Source: Eubacteriales bacterium
Lineage (GTDB): Bacteria > Bacillota > Clostridia > Christensenellales > Aristaeellaceae
Reading direction: 5' to 3'
DNA length: 47,673 nt
NCBI GenBank assembly: GCA_021371895.1
Contig: JAJFVI010000142.1
Coordinates: forward strand, 1-47,673
Under the pieces are notes generated by a model. The model was not told the DNA's origin. It worked only from the letters and a program-made list of their open reading frames with translations, and searched no databases. How positions within the stretch are numbered: the first letter of the stretch is position 1; every line of letters begins with the position of its first letter. The translations under genes and the position numbers were made by a program. Below, piece by piece: positions 1-9,560 of this stretch.

Positions 1-81
1 TATATTGACTTCTACAATCACGAGCGTATCCAAACGAAAACGCACCTGACCTCGTTCGAAAAACGAAGTCAGGCTGCGTAA
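1..81 (+). CDS. 3' end of a DDE (rve integrase-core, IS3-like) transposase, truncated by the window edge
   Basis: Frame +1 from base 1 reads YIDFYNHERIQTKTHLTSFEKRSQAA, then TAA at 79-81. The Y-x-x-Y-N-x-x-R-x-Q/H tail is typical of the C-terminus of rve-type IS transposases. The fragment is too short for the ORF track. Confidence 0.45.
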   Translation, partial: YIDFYNHERIQTKTHLTSFEKRSQAA

Positions 82-254
82 TCCCGCGTTATTCTATGCC
101 AGGGGGCTTCTCTTCCTGTCTGTTGCCTCTGGGGCAGTGCACTTCGGCGGGGGAGGAGCTTTATGCTGTATAAACACAATTTCAAGGGAGGCGTCGGAGG
201 GTTGAAACCCTTCGACTGTATTCGTATCGCCCGGCTTTGCTGGGCGGGCGGGGA

Positions 255-314
255 GTTTGCGGCTTTGCCGCAAACAATACCCGTAGCTCACAAAAGTGGC
301 GCAGCCACTTTTTT
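255..314 (-). terminator. Two tandem stem-loops downstream of rapZ
   Basis: GTTTGCGGC-TTT-GCCGCAAAC (255-275) is a perfect 9-bp stem. AAAAGTGGC-GCA-GCCACTTTTTT (292-314) is flanked by A and T runs, so it can act on either strand. Both lie just after the rapZ stop at 328. Confidence 0.5.
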
Positions 315-327
315 GAAAAGCGAAGCG

Positions 328-1221
328 CTACATCCGGCTGCCCGCCCAATGCGCCTGTTCGATCGCCAGATCCCGATGGGTCACGCTCACGCGCTGCCCA
401 AACGCCTGAAGCTGTTCGCACAGGGATTCCGCGATGGCGACGCTGCGGTGCGCGCCGCCTGTGCAGCCGATGGCGATCACCAGCCGGTGCTTACCCTCGC
501 TAACGTAATTGGGTAGAAGGAAGGCAAGCATATCCATGCACTTGGTTAAAAACGTCTGCGTCACCGGGTGCCCCAGCACGTACGCTTTCACATCCTCGTC
601 CAGCCCCGTTTGACATCCCAGTTCCGGAATATAGAAGGGGTTAGGCAAAAAACGCACGTCAAACACCAGATCGCCGTCCCGCGGAATGCCGCGCTTAAAG
701 CCGAAGCTTAGCAGCTCTACGCGCAGGATCGGCTCGTCCCCCGCCTGCATTACGATGGCGCGCAGTTTGGCTTGCAGGGCGCTGGGCTTGAGCTCGCTGG
801 TGTCCACCACGTGGTTGGCCGTCTCCCGAAGCGGCTGCAGGCGGTTGCGCTCGGACGCGATCGCCTCTTCCAGGCTCATGCCCTCGCTGGCCAGCGGATG
901 GTCGCGGCGCGTCTCCTTATAGCGGTTGACAAGCATGGTATCGTGCGCTTCGATAAAGAGCGTGTCGATTGTAAAACCTACGCTGCGCGCCTCGTCGATC
1001 ATCTTGACGACCGCCTTGGCGTCGAAAAACTCACCGGAGCGGATATCCACGGCGATGGCGACCAGGGGACGGCTGATGTTGGAGGCCTTGCACGCTTCCA
1101 TAAAACGCACCAGCATCATCGGCGGCAGGTTGTCCACGCACAGCGCGCCCAGATCCTCCAACGTGCGGATGGCGACGGTTTTGCCCGCGCCGCTTAGCCC
1201 CGTGACGATTAAAAACTGCAT
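328..1221 (-). CDS. rapZ: RNase adapter / nucleotide-binding protein RapZ (YvcJ family)
   Basis: 297 aa. The N-terminus MQFLIVTGLSGAGKT contains a Walker A motif and the length is typical for the family. AAGGAGG lies upstream (reverse complement of 1228-1234). Confidence 0.92.
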   Translation of the reverse strand: MQFLIVTGLSGAGKTVAIRTLEDLGALCVDNLPPMMLVRFMEACKASNISRPLVAIAVDIRSGEFFDAKAVVKMIDEARSVGFTIDTLFIEAHDTMLVNRYKETRRDHPLASEGMSLEEAIASERNRLQPLRETANHVVDTSELKPSALQAKLRAIVMQAGDEPILRVELLSFGFKRGIPRDGDLVFDVRFLPNPFYIPELGCQTGLDEDVKAYVLGHPVTQTFLTKCMDMLAFLLPNYVSEGKHRLVIAIGCTGGAHRSVAIAESLCEQLQAFGQRVSVTHRDLAIEQAHWAGSRM

Positions 1222-1275
1222 AAGACAACCCTCCTTAACCTGATCTCTGTTCGAAGGTGACCGGCGATAAACGAC

Positions 1276-2250
1276 CTACGCGTCCTGCGCGGGCGGGTCC
1301 ACCCCTGCGATGTGGACTTCCGGTTCCAACAGCACGCCCGTCTGCTGCAGCACCACACGCTGTACTTCGCGCATCAGCACGAGATAATCCGCCGCGGTAC
1401 CGTCTTCGTCGTTGATGAGGAATCCCGCGTGCTTGGTGCTTACGCTCGCTCCGCCCACGCGCAATCCCTTGAGGCCGCACTGATCGATCAGCGCCCCGGC
1501 GAACTGCCCCGGCGGACGCTTGAAGGTACTTCCGCAGCAGGGAAGCGTGATAGGCTGCTTTTCTCGCCGACGTGCGTTAAACTCCCGCATGGTGACACGG
1601 ATGGTATCTTCGTCGCCCGGCGGAAGCGCGAAGGTTGCCGATACGACCAATTCCCTCTCGGCATCCGGGGCGCTCAGGCGGCAGCGGCGATAGCCGAAAT
1701 CCATCTCCGCGCGGGTGTAATGCCGTATCTCCCCGGCGAGCGTGGCGCAGGTGACGCCCTCGATGATGTTTTGAAGCTCGCCGCCGTATGCGCCGGCGTT
1801 CATCAGCACACCGCCGCCTACCGTGCCGGGAATACCCGCCGCGAACTCCAGCCCGCACAGCGCCGCGTCCGCCGCGACGCCGCTTAGCCGTGTCAGCGGC
1901 GTGCCTGCCTGCGCCGTAATGGCAAACCGACCGTCCGGCAGGGGAACCGGCGAGGTGATCTCCGCAAAACCGTCACCGAAATGAAGTGTCAGTCCCGGCC
2001 AGCCCCCATCCCGCACCAACAGGTTGGAGCCGCCGCCCAGTATGTTTACGGTTACCCCCAACCGTTGGGCAATGCGCAAAATCTCCAATAATTGATCGGC
2101 GGAGGTGATTTCGCACAGCATTTCCGCCGGGCCACCGATGCCAAGGGTAGTGTAACGGCTCATGGGCACGTCTTCCGCAAGCTCTTTTCTTTTCGTAAGG
2201 GGGCGAAGCGCCTCCGTTAACTCCGCGCGAACGGTTTCCTCCATGGGCAT
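1276..2250 (-). CDS. murB: UDP-N-acetylenolpyruvoylglucosamine reductase MurB
   Basis: The ORF 1276..2394 contains MSRYTTLGIGGPAE, GGGSNLL and an FAD-binding MurB-like body. I prefer the internal ATG at 2250 (MPMEETV...), which is preceded by GGGGGAGGGA. The 5' extension looks non-coding. Confidence 0.88.
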   Translation of the reverse strand: MPMEETVRAELTEALRPLTKRKELAEDVPMSRYTTLGIGGPAEMLCEITSADQLLEILRIAQRLGVTVNILGGGSNLLVRDGGWPGLTLHFGDGFAEITSPVPLPDGRFAITAQAGTPLTRLSGVAADAALCGLEFAAGIPGTVGGGVLMNAGAYGGELQNIIEGVTCATLAGEIRHYTRAEMDFGYRRCRLSAPDAERELVVSATFALPPGDEDTIRVTMREFNARRREKQPITLPCCGSTFKRPPGQFAGALIDQCGLKGLRVGGASVSTKHAGFLINDEDGTAADYLVLMREVQRVVLQQTGVLLEPEVHIAGVDPPAQDA

Positions 2251-2359
2251 TCCCTCCCCCTGCGCTGATTTAGGTTTATTGTAGCGCACTTGGCAGCGGC
2301 TGTCAAAGGATTCGCCCGTCGCATCCTGTGTTTTACAACCCGACCATACTTCAAAATGC

Positions 2360-2403
2360 AAAAAACCAGCCGCGCGACGGTTGAAACCGTACATGCGGCG
2401 GGC
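2360..2403 (-). terminator. Possible terminator after purB
   Basis: On the minus strand an imperfect GC-rich hairpin (CCGCCGC...GCGCGGCTGG) is followed by TTTTTT, seen as an A run at 2360-2365 on the plus strand. The stem has an internal loop. Confidence 0.35.
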
Positions 2404-2473
2404 GTTTATAACAGCAGGCTGTGCCTGCCGCTGGGAGGTAGGGAGAGCTTTGGGAAATGGTACCGGCAGGGGG

Positions 2474-3910
2474 TTACACGTTGACCTCTGCCTTTACGCC
2501 CAGCTCGCTTTGATGAGCGTTCAGCAACGGGTCGATCAGCTGGGAGATAAACGCCGTCACCTGCTCGACGCTCCGGCCGATGAAGCGCTTCGGCTCCAGT
2601 ATGGCCTCGATTTCCGCCTGGGTGATGTAAAAATCCGGGTCCGCGGCGATGCGCTCTACCAGATCGTTTGCGCCGCCCTCTTCCTTGACTACGCTTGCGG
2701 CCGCCTGGCTGTGTACGCGCAGTTTTTCGTGCAGCGCCTGCCGGTCTCCGCCCTTTTTGACGGCATCCATCAGAATATTTTCGGTGGCCATAAAGGGCAG
2801 CTCGCCCATCACGCGCGTACGGATCACCTTGGGGTAGACCACCAGCCCGTCGCATACGTTGAGCATCAGGTTGAGGATGGCGTCGGTGGCGAGGAACGCC
2901 TCGCTTACGGCGATGCGGCGGTTGGCGCTGTCGTCCAGCGTGCGCTCAAACCACTGCGTGCCCGCGGTGACGGCGGTGTTGAGCGTATCCACCATGACGT
3001 AGCGGCTCAGCGCGCTGATGCGCTCGCTGCGCATGGGATTGCGCTTGTAGGGCATGGCGGAGGAGCCGATCTGGTTGGTTTCAAAAGGTTCCTCCATCTC
3101 CTTGAAACTTTGCAGAAGCCGGAGGTCGTAACTAAACTTGCTGGCGCTCTGCGCGATGCCGGAAAGCGCCGACACCACCTGATAATCCATCTTGCGGCTG
3201 TACGTCTGGCCGCTGACGGGCACCACGCGGGTGACGCCCAGATCCGCGGCGATATCCCGCTCAATCTGGTCGATCTTTTGTCCGTCGCCGCCCAGCAGTT
3301 CCACAAAGCTCGCCTGCGTGCCGGTCGTCCCCTTGCTGCCCAGCAGCGCAAGCGTGGACAGGCGGTGCTCGACTTCCTCGTAATCCATCAAAAGCTCGTT
3401 CATCCACAGAGTCGCTCGCTTACCCACGGTGGTCAGCTGCGCGGGCTGCAAATGGGTATAGGCCAGCGTGGGCAGGTCGCGGTATTGGAGGGCGAAGTCC
3501 CTTAGCTCGTTCATGACGTTCAGAAGCTTGCGCCGCACAAGCGTAAGGCCTTCCTTCATCACCAGCACATCAGTATTGTCCCCCACGTAGCAGCTAGTCG
3601 CCCCAAGGTGGATGATGCCTTTCGCCGTGGGGCATTGCACGCCGTAGGCGTACACGTGGCTCATTACATCGTGGCGCACCTCGCGCTCCCGTGCCTCGGC
3701 GATGTCGTAATTGATGTCGTCCCGGTGCGCCTCCATTTCGGCAATCTGCCCGTCGGTAATGGGCAGACCCTGCTTCTGCTCGGCTTTCGCCAGGCTGATC
3801 CACAGCCGCCGCCAGGTGCGGAATTTATTATCCTCGGAAAAGATATACTGCATGGCTTCGCTTGCGTAGCGCGTGGAGAAGGGGCTGACATAGCTGGAAT
3901 GCTCGGACAT
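2474..3910 (-). CDS. purB: Adenylosuccinate lyase PurB
   Basis: MSEHSSYVSPFSTRYASEAMQYIFSEDNKFRTWRRLWISLAKAEQ is the typical PurB N-terminus. The fumarate-lyase signature region GSSAMPYKRNP is present. The ATG at 3910 is preceded by AAGGAGG. Confidence 0.93.
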   Translation of the reverse strand: MSEHSSYVSPFSTRYASEAMQYIFSEDNKFRTWRRLWISLAKAEQKQGLPITDGQIAEMEAHRDDINYDIAEAREREVRHDVMSHVYAYGVQCPTAKGIIHLGATSCYVGDNTDVLVMKEGLTLVRRKLLNVMNELRDFALQYRDLPTLAYTHLQPAQLTTVGKRATLWMNELLMDYEEVEHRLSTLALLGSKGTTGTQASFVELLGGDGQKIDQIERDIAADLGVTRVVPVSGQTYSRKMDYQVVSALSGIAQSASKFSYDLRLLQSFKEMEEPFETNQIGSSAMPYKRNPMRSERISALSRYVMVDTLNTAVTAGTQWFERTLDDSANRRIAVSEAFLATDAILNLMLNVCDGLVVYPKVIRTRVMGELPFMATENILMDAVKKGGDRQALHEKLRVHSQAAASVVKEEGGANDLVERIAADPDFYITQAEIEAILEPKRFIGRSVEQVTAFISQLIDPLLNAHQSELGVKAEVNV

Positions 3911-3973
3911 GGTCGACCTCCTTAACGTTGGCAAAAGCCGATAGCAAACGGGAACTTTGCGTTTGGGTTTCCT

Positions 3974-6900
3974 TTAGCGGAGCACGTGTGGTTTAAAGTA
4001 TAGTACCCCGCCCTCGAAAACAGGCTGGAATGTATTCCCTTCGACGTTCTTGTAAAGATTCCTGCCGCTGCGCTCGATGTGCCCCATCTTGCCCAGCACC
4101 CGGCCGTCCGGCGATGTGACGCCCTCCACGGCCAGCACGCTGCCGTTGGGGTTGTAACGTAAATCCATGGTCGGCTGCCCGTCCGGCCCCACGTACTGCG
4201 TGGCGATCTGCCCGCGGCGCGCAAGATCGCTTAACGTCTTTTCCCCGCATACGAAGCGGCCCTCGCCGTGGCTGACCGGCACGGTGTAGATTTCACCCGG
4301 CTTGCACAGCATGAACCAAGGGCTTAAGTTGCTTGCGATACGTGTGCGCACCAGCATGCTCTGGTGGCGGCCGATGGTGTTAAACGTAAGCGTGGGACAG
4401 TCTTCGTCGGTATCCACGATCTTGCCGAAGGGCACCAACCCCAGCTTAACCAGCGCCTGAAACCCGTTGCATATGCCCAGTATCAGGCCGTCGCGGTCGT
4501 TAAGCAGCGCCTCGGTGGCATCCTTTACGGCGGGATTGCGGAAAAACGCGGTGATGAATTTGCCGCTGCCGTCCGGCTCGTCCCCGCCGGAGAAGCCGCC
4601 GGGCAACACCAGCATCTGCGCGTTGGCAATCTCCCTTTGCGCCATTTCCACGCTGCGGGCAACGGCCTGTGGGGTAAGGTTGTTAATCAGAAGGATGCGC
4701 GGCTCCGCTCCGGCGCGTTCCAGCGCGCGGGCCGTATCCGTTTCGCAGTTGGTGCCGGGAAAGGCGGGGATGACCGCCACGGGTCGAGCGGTGCGCAGGG
4801 CCGGGGTAGGCCAGCTTTCGACGGTCGTCGTAATAGCCGGAATGGGGGTTGCGTCCTCCTGCCCAGCCGGGGCGCGGTAGGGGAATACCTTGTCCAGCTT
4901 GCCTTCGTACGCGTCTGTCAGCGCCGCGAGCGCATAGGTTTTGTCTTGATAGTGTAGCTCGTAGGCGGCAGCGGTGCGACCCAGGGCTTCGCTCGAGGCG
5001 GTCAGCACCGCGTCCTGCGCGCCATCCGCCAGCTCCACAATCACGCCGCCGATCTCCTGTGCGAACAGGCCGCGCGGAAACGAAGCTTCCACCGCTGCGC
5101 CGATGCCGTTGCCCAGCGCCATTTTAAACAGCCCTTCCGCCACACCGCCCAGGCCGACCGCCCAGGCGGATACGACCTTCTTTTCACGGATGAGGCGGTG
5201 GAGCAGATCGAGATTCTTCGCAAAGCTTTCCGCGTCAAACGGATCGGCGTACAGATAGCGCAGTTCGTGCCCCGGTGCCTTGAACTCGGGAGAAATTATG
5301 TCCTCCGTATCGCCGGGGGCGATGGCGAAACTGACCAGCGTAGGCGGCACGTGCAGGCTTTCAAAGGTGCCGCTCATGCTATCCTTGCCGCCGATGGCCG
5401 CGATGCCGAAGTTGAGCTGCGCGTCCAGCGCGCCCAGCAGCGCCGCCAGCGGCTGCCCCCAGCTTGCGGGGTCGCCGGTCATCCGCCGGAAGTATTCCTG
5501 AAACGTCAGGTACGCCTTGCGAAAGTCAAACCCGCTCGCCGTAAGCCGGCACAGGCTTTCCGCCACGCTCAGGTACGCGCCCTCGTACGGGCTTTGTTCC
5601 ATCAGCTGCGGGTGAAAGCCGTAGGCCATGCCGCTGCACGTGCGGGTTTCGCCGTGCAATACGGGCAGCTTCGCCGCCATCGCCTGCGCGGGGGTCAGCT
5701 GCCGTTTCCCGCCGAAAGGCATGAGCACCGTGCCCGCGCCGATGGTGGAGTCAAACCGCTCCGCAAGCCCCTTTTTGGAGCAGATGTTTAAGTCCGTTCC
5801 CATGTTTTGCAGTTTTTCGCCGAAGGTCGCCCCCGCGAAGGGCACCGGCGCGATACCGTCGTCCCCCACGAAAGCGCGGGCGTGCTTTTTAGCGCCGTTG
5901 GAATTGAGGAAATCGCGGCGCAGATCGACGATTACGTTCCCCTTCCAACGCATCACCAGCCGCGGCTCCTCCGTGACCTGTGCCACCGCCGTCGCTTCCA
6001 AATTTTCTTCGTTCGCCAATGTAATAAACGCGTCCGCGTCCTCCGGGGCTACGACGACCGCCATGCGCTCCTGACTCTCGGAAATCGCCAGTTCCGTACC
6101 GTCTAACCCCTCGTACTTGCGAGGCACGCTGTCCAAGTCGATGGTCAGCCCGTCGGCCAGTTCACCAATGGCTACACTCACGCCGCCTGCGCCAAAATCG
6201 TTGCAGCGTTTGATAAGGCGTGTCGTCCGTGCATCCCTGAACAGCCGCTGCAATTTGCGCTCCACTACGGGGTTGCCTTTTTGCACCTCCGCGCCGCAGC
6301 TTTCCAGGCTGGACAGCTTATGGCTCTTGCTGGAGCCGGTCGCCCCGCCGCAGCCGTCACGTCCGGTGCGGCCGCCCACCAATATCACCCTGTCGCCCGG
6401 CATAGGTGTCTCCCGGCGCACATTGGCAAGCGGCGCCGCGCCTACCACCGCGCCGATTTCCATGCGTTTGGCGGCGTAGCCGGGGTGGTAGAGCTCATCT
6501 ACCACCCCGGTGGCAAGCCCGATCTGGTTACCGTAGGCGCTGTAGCCCGCTGCTGCGGTGGTAACCAGCTTGCGTTGGGGCAGTTTGCCCGGCATCGTTT
6601 CGGCGACCGGGGTCAGTGGGTTCGCCGCACCGGTAACGCGCATGGCCTGGTATACGTAGGTGCGCCCGGAAAGAGGATCACGGATCGCGCCGCCGATGCA
6701 GGTGGCCGCGCCGCCGAAAGGCTCAATTTCGGTGGGATGGTTGTGGGTTTCATTTTTAAACATGAGCAGCCACGGCTCGGTTACGCCGTCGTGATCCGCG
6801 TCGATCTTAACGGAGCAGGCGTTGATCTCCTCGCTTACGTCCAAGTTGGGCAGTTTGCCCCGCGCGTAAAGCGCCCTGGCGCCGATGGTGGCAACGTCCA

Positions 6901-7699
6901 TGAGCGTTATGGGTTTCTGCTCCCGCCCCAGTTCCCTGCGCAGCGCCAGATAGCGTGCGAAGGCTTTCTCCACGGCTGGCTTCTTGCATTGCATATCGTC
7001 CAGCTCCGTTAAAAACGTAGTGTGCCGGCAATGATCGCTCCAATAGGTGTCAATCATGCGCAGTTCCGTAAGCGTCGGGTCGCGGTGTTCCGAGCGGAAA
7101 TAATCCCGGCAGAAGGCCAGATCGTCCGCGTCCATGGCGAGGCCATAGCGCGTGACGAACGCGGGCAGGGTGCCGTCCGCAAGCGCGGTAAAGCCCGCGA
7201 GGGTTTCCACGGCGTCGGGCGTCGGGTATGTCTGGCGCAGGGTCGTTTTTTCGGCCAGGTCGGCTTCGCGGCTTTCTACTGGGTTGATGACGTATTTTTT
7301 GATGCGATCAATCTCTTCCTGTGTGGGTGCGCCCATGAGCAAATATATGCGCGCGGTGCGCACCGCCGGGCGTTCGCCACGGCTGACAAGCTGCACGCAC
7401 TCCTCGCAGGAGGCCGCTCGCACGTCGAATTGGCCGGGCAGGTATTCCACCGCGAATATCGCCGCCGCGTCGATTTGCGGCAGTGTATAGGAAAACGTGT
7501 CCAGCTGCGGCTCGTAAAACACAACAGGCAGGCATTGCCTGAACAGTTCGTTGCTTACATCTTCAATGTCGTAGCGGTTTAGCAGGCGCACGCCCGTCAC
7601 GCTTTTAATAAGCAAAATATGGCGGATTTCGTGCAGATGCGCCTGTGCTTCTACGGCGTAAGGGGGCATTTTTTCGGTGTAGACGCGATATACGGACAT
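3974..7699 (-). CDS. purL: Phosphoribosylformylglycinamidine (FGAM) synthase, single-chain large form
   Basis: 1241 aa. The protein has AIR-synthase-like repeats (for example HNHPTEIEPFGGAATCIGG) and a C-terminal glutamine amidotransferase with the LGICNGFQAL nucleophile elbow. Confidence 0.93.
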   Translation of the reverse strand: MSVYRVYTEKMPPYAVEAQAHLHEIRHILLIKSVTGVRLLNRYDIEDVSNELFRQCLPVVFYEPQLDTFSYTLPQIDAAAIFAVEYLPGQFDVRAASCEECVQLVSRGERPAVRTARIYLLMGAPTQEEIDRIKKYVINPVESREADLAEKTTLRQTYPTPDAVETLAGFTALADGTLPAFVTRYGLAMDADDLAFCRDYFRSEHRDPTLTELRMIDTYWSDHCRHTTFLTELDDMQCKKPAVEKAFARYLALRRELGREQKPITLMDVATIGARALYARGKLPNLDVSEEINACSVKIDADHDGVTEPWLLMFKNETHNHPTEIEPFGGAATCIGGAIRDPLSGRTYVYQAMRVTGAANPLTPVAETMPGKLPQRKLVTTAAAGYSAYGNQIGLATGVVDELYHPGYAAKRMEIGAVVGAAPLANVRRETPMPGDRVILVGGRTGRDGCGGATGSSKSHKLSSLESCGAEVQKGNPVVERKLQRLFRDARTTRLIKRCNDFGAGGVSVAIGELADGLTIDLDSVPRKYEGLDGTELAISESQERMAVVVAPEDADAFITLANEENLEATAVAQVTEEPRLVMRWKGNVIVDLRRDFLNSNGAKKHARAFVGDDGIAPVPFAGATFGEKLQNMGTDLNICSKKGLAERFDSTIGAGTVLMPFGGKRQLTPAQAMAAKLPVLHGETRTCSGMAYGFHPQLMEQSPYEGAYLSVAESLCRLTASGFDFRKAYLTFQEYFRRMTGDPASWGQPLAALLGALDAQLNFGIAAIGGKDSMSGTFESLHVPPTLVSFAIAPGDTEDIISPEFKAPGHELRYLYADPFDAESFAKNLDLLHRLIREKKVVSAWAVGLGGVAEGLFKMALGNGIGAAVEASFPRGLFAQEIGGVIVELADGAQDAVLTASSEALGRTAAAYELHYQDKTYALAALTDAYEGKLDKVFPYRAPAGQEDATPIPAITTTVESWPTPALRTARPVAVIPAFPGTNCETDTARALERAGAEPRILLINNLTPQAVARSVEMAQREIANAQMLVLPGGFSGGDEPDGSGKFITAFFRNPAVKDATEALLNDRDGLILGICNGFQALVKLGLVPFGKIVDTDEDCPTLTFNTIGRHQSMLVRTRIASNLSPWFMLCKPGEIYTVPVSHGEGRFVCGEKTLSDLARRGQIATQYVGPDGQPTMDLRYNPNGSVLAVEGVTSPDGRVLGKMGHIERSGRNLYKNVEGNTFQPVFEGGVLYFKPHVLR

Positions 7700-7820
7700 A
7701 TTACCTCCTGAATGCTAAAAGCATAGGAATTGCGGCGGTTGTGCTCACGGCGACGTAGGGGACGGGGGACATGCGTGTGACCCTGTTTAGGGCTATGCCT
7801 GCGGGTATAGGCAGGGGCTT

Positions 7821-7975
7821 TCCGCTCGCCCCTGCACCCTTCGGGGTCGCCTTCCTACACGGCGAGCCGCGCGTGAGGCCGCACGCGGAGTACAGGATAG
7901 TCGTCCGGCGATACTGCGCGCAATGAGGTGGCTTGCGTGCTGGCAATCTCGCGCAGTATCGCCGACCGACAAGCC
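7821..7975. repeat. Intergenic repeat module X, copy A (inverted relative to copy B at 11793-11945)
   Basis: The reverse complement aligns with 11793-11945. Shared flanks are GGCTTGTCGGTCGG, GGACGACTATCCTGTACT and GCCGTGTAGRAAGGCGACCCCGAAGGGTGCAGG. It contains a perfect 14-bp stem (7907-7920 pairing with 7950-7963). The ORF track shows the shared peptide CRKATPKGAGAS in ORFs 7701..8021(-) and 11597..12277(+). Confidence 0.7.
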
Positions 7976-8040
7976 ACTCTGACAGTTTAATCTTCGCGTG
8001 GGGTACTACCGTACCCCACACTTGTTAAACCGCCCGCCTT

Positions 8041-8127
8041 CGGGTCGCTCACGGCTACGCCGTTGTGCCCACAGAGCACGCGCTTCCCTCCGGCGCATCC
8101 TCTATGTGGCCTCACGCGCGGTTCGCC
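8041..8127. repeat. Intergenic repeat module Y, copy A, plus a 20-bp inverted repeat partner
   Basis: 8041-8091 (CGGGTCGCTCACGGCTACGCCGTTGTGCCCACAGAGCACGCGCTTCCCTCC) matches 12013-12063 at 46 of 51 positions and matches 15338-15388 in reverse orientation. 8108-8127 (GGCCTCACGCGCGGTTCGCC) is the inverted repeat of 7861-7880 at 19 of 20 positions. Confidence 0.7.
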
Positions 8128-8264
8128 TGCGGGTTATCAGGCGATGAGGGAGAAAAACGAAGTCTGGCGGGGGAATTTACTCGCCTGCTATACGTCAGGC
8201 GGTGGGGGAGAGATTACGGGAGAAAAATGCGGGAAATTTTTAAGAATGTTGGCTTGGGGTATAA

Positions 8265-9542
8265 TCACGGCAATTGCAGCGCTTTGATGCCGATGTCGTG
8301 GCGCATTTGTATTCCTTCGAAGGTGATGTTCTCCGTCGCCTTATATGCCTGTGTGATTGCATGGGGCAATATATCGCCGACCGCTGTTACGCCCAGCACC
8401 CGGCCTCCGGCGGTGATCGGTTCGCCCTCGCGGTTGAGGCGCGTACCGGCGTGGAACACGCTCACCCCGGGTAACGCCTCGGCCTGCGCGAGGCCGGAGA
8501 TGACCATGCCCGTGCGGTACGCCGTGGGATACCCACCGGAGGCCAGTACCACACAGCAGCTTGCGCCAGGAAAAAAGCGCACGTCCGCGTCCTTGAGCGT
8601 CCCCGCGGTAACGTGCTGCATGATGGAAAACAGATCGCTTTCCAGCAGTGGCAGCACCGCCTGTGCTTCGGGGTCGCCGAAACGGCAGTTGTACTCAATC
8701 ACCTTGGGGCCGTTATCAGTGAGCATGAGGCCGAAGTACAGGCAGCCGGAAAAAGGATTGCCCTCCGTGCGCAGCGCCGCGAGCGTGGGCAGAAAGATAG
8801 TGCGCATACAGATTTCGGCGACTTCGGATGTGTAGTACGGGTTGGGGGCGATCACGCCCATGCCGCCGGTGTTCAGCCCATTGTCCCCGTCCAGCGCGCG
8901 TTTATGATCCATGCTGGAAACCATCGGGCGGATGTCCGTACCATCGGTAAAGGCGAGCACGCTCACCTCGGGGCCTTGCAAAAACTCCTCCACTACGATG
9001 CGGCTTCCCGCCGTGCCGAAGCGGCCGCGCTCCATCATATCGCGCACGGCTTCCTCAGCCTCGTCGCGGTTCTGGCAGATCACCACGCCCTTCCCCAGCG
9101 CCAGCCCATCGGCTTTCACCACCATGGGGCAGGGCGCGATGCGGATGTAGCGCAGTGCCAGCGCCAGATCCGAGAAAATCTCACAGGAGGCGGTGGGAAT
9201 ACCGTACTTGCGCATCAACTTTTTGGCGTAGATTTTGCTGCCCTCAATACGCGCGGCATTCTGACGCGGCCCGAAGGAGGGGATGCCCCTTTCCGCGAGC
9301 AGATCGCAAAGCCCCAGGCAAAGGGGATCGTCCGGGCCGACAACCACGTAATCCATGGTGTTTTGCTTGGCCCAGTCGGCGATGGCGGTTACGTCCGTCG
9401 TCGCGATGGGCACGCACTCGGCGTCCCGTGCGATGCCGCCGTTGCCCGGCGCGCAGCAGAGACGGTCGATCACGGGGCTTTCCAGCAGTTTGCGGATGAT
9501 GGCATGCTCACGACCGCCGCCGCCCACCACGAGAACCTTCAT
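8265..9542 (-). CDS. purD: Phosphoribosylamine--glycine ligase PurD
   Basis: 425 aa. It starts MKVLVVGGGGREHAI and has an ATP-grasp body. Position and length are typical of PurD. Confidence 0.93.
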   Translation of the reverse strand: MKVLVVGGGGREHAIIRKLLESPVIDRLCCAPGNGGIARDAECVPIATTDVTAIADWAKQNTMDYVVVGPDDPLCLGLCDLLAERGIPSFGPRQNAARIEGSKIYAKKLMRKYGIPTASCEIFSDLALALRYIRIAPCPMVVKADGLALGKGVVICQNRDEAEEAVRDMMERGRFGTAGSRIVVEEFLQGPEVSVLAFTDGTDIRPMVSSMDHKRALDGDNGLNTGGMGVIAPNPYYTSEVAEICMRTIFLPTLAALRTEGNPFSGCLYFGLMLTDNGPKVIEYNCRFGDPEAQAVLPLLESDLFSIMQHVTAGTLKDADVRFFPGASCCVVLASGGYPTAYRTGMVISGLAQAEALPGVSVFHAGTRLNREGEPITAGGRVLGVTAVGDILPHAITQAYKATENITFEGIQMRHDIGIKALQLP

Positions 9543-9560
9543 GGCGACAACTCCCTTCGC

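Noticed and set aside
94-516. Small ORFs between the transposase end and rapZ (94..291 -, 163..516 +, 182..421 -, 237..503 +).
   Set aside because: They are mutually overlapping, they run across the terminator hairpins or into rapZ, and they have no RBS or recognisable motifs.
7701-8287. ORFs spanning the intergenic repeats (7701..8021 -, 8063..8287 +, 11597..12277 +, 11766..12638 +), which share peptides such as CRKATPKGAGAS and CGLTRGSP and so might be a repeated small-protein family.
   Set aside because: The shared peptides simply reflect the repeated DNA read in whichever frame is open. Orientation differs between copies, there are no RBS or start contexts, the composition is low in complexity, and some overlap the true purD and purN genes.
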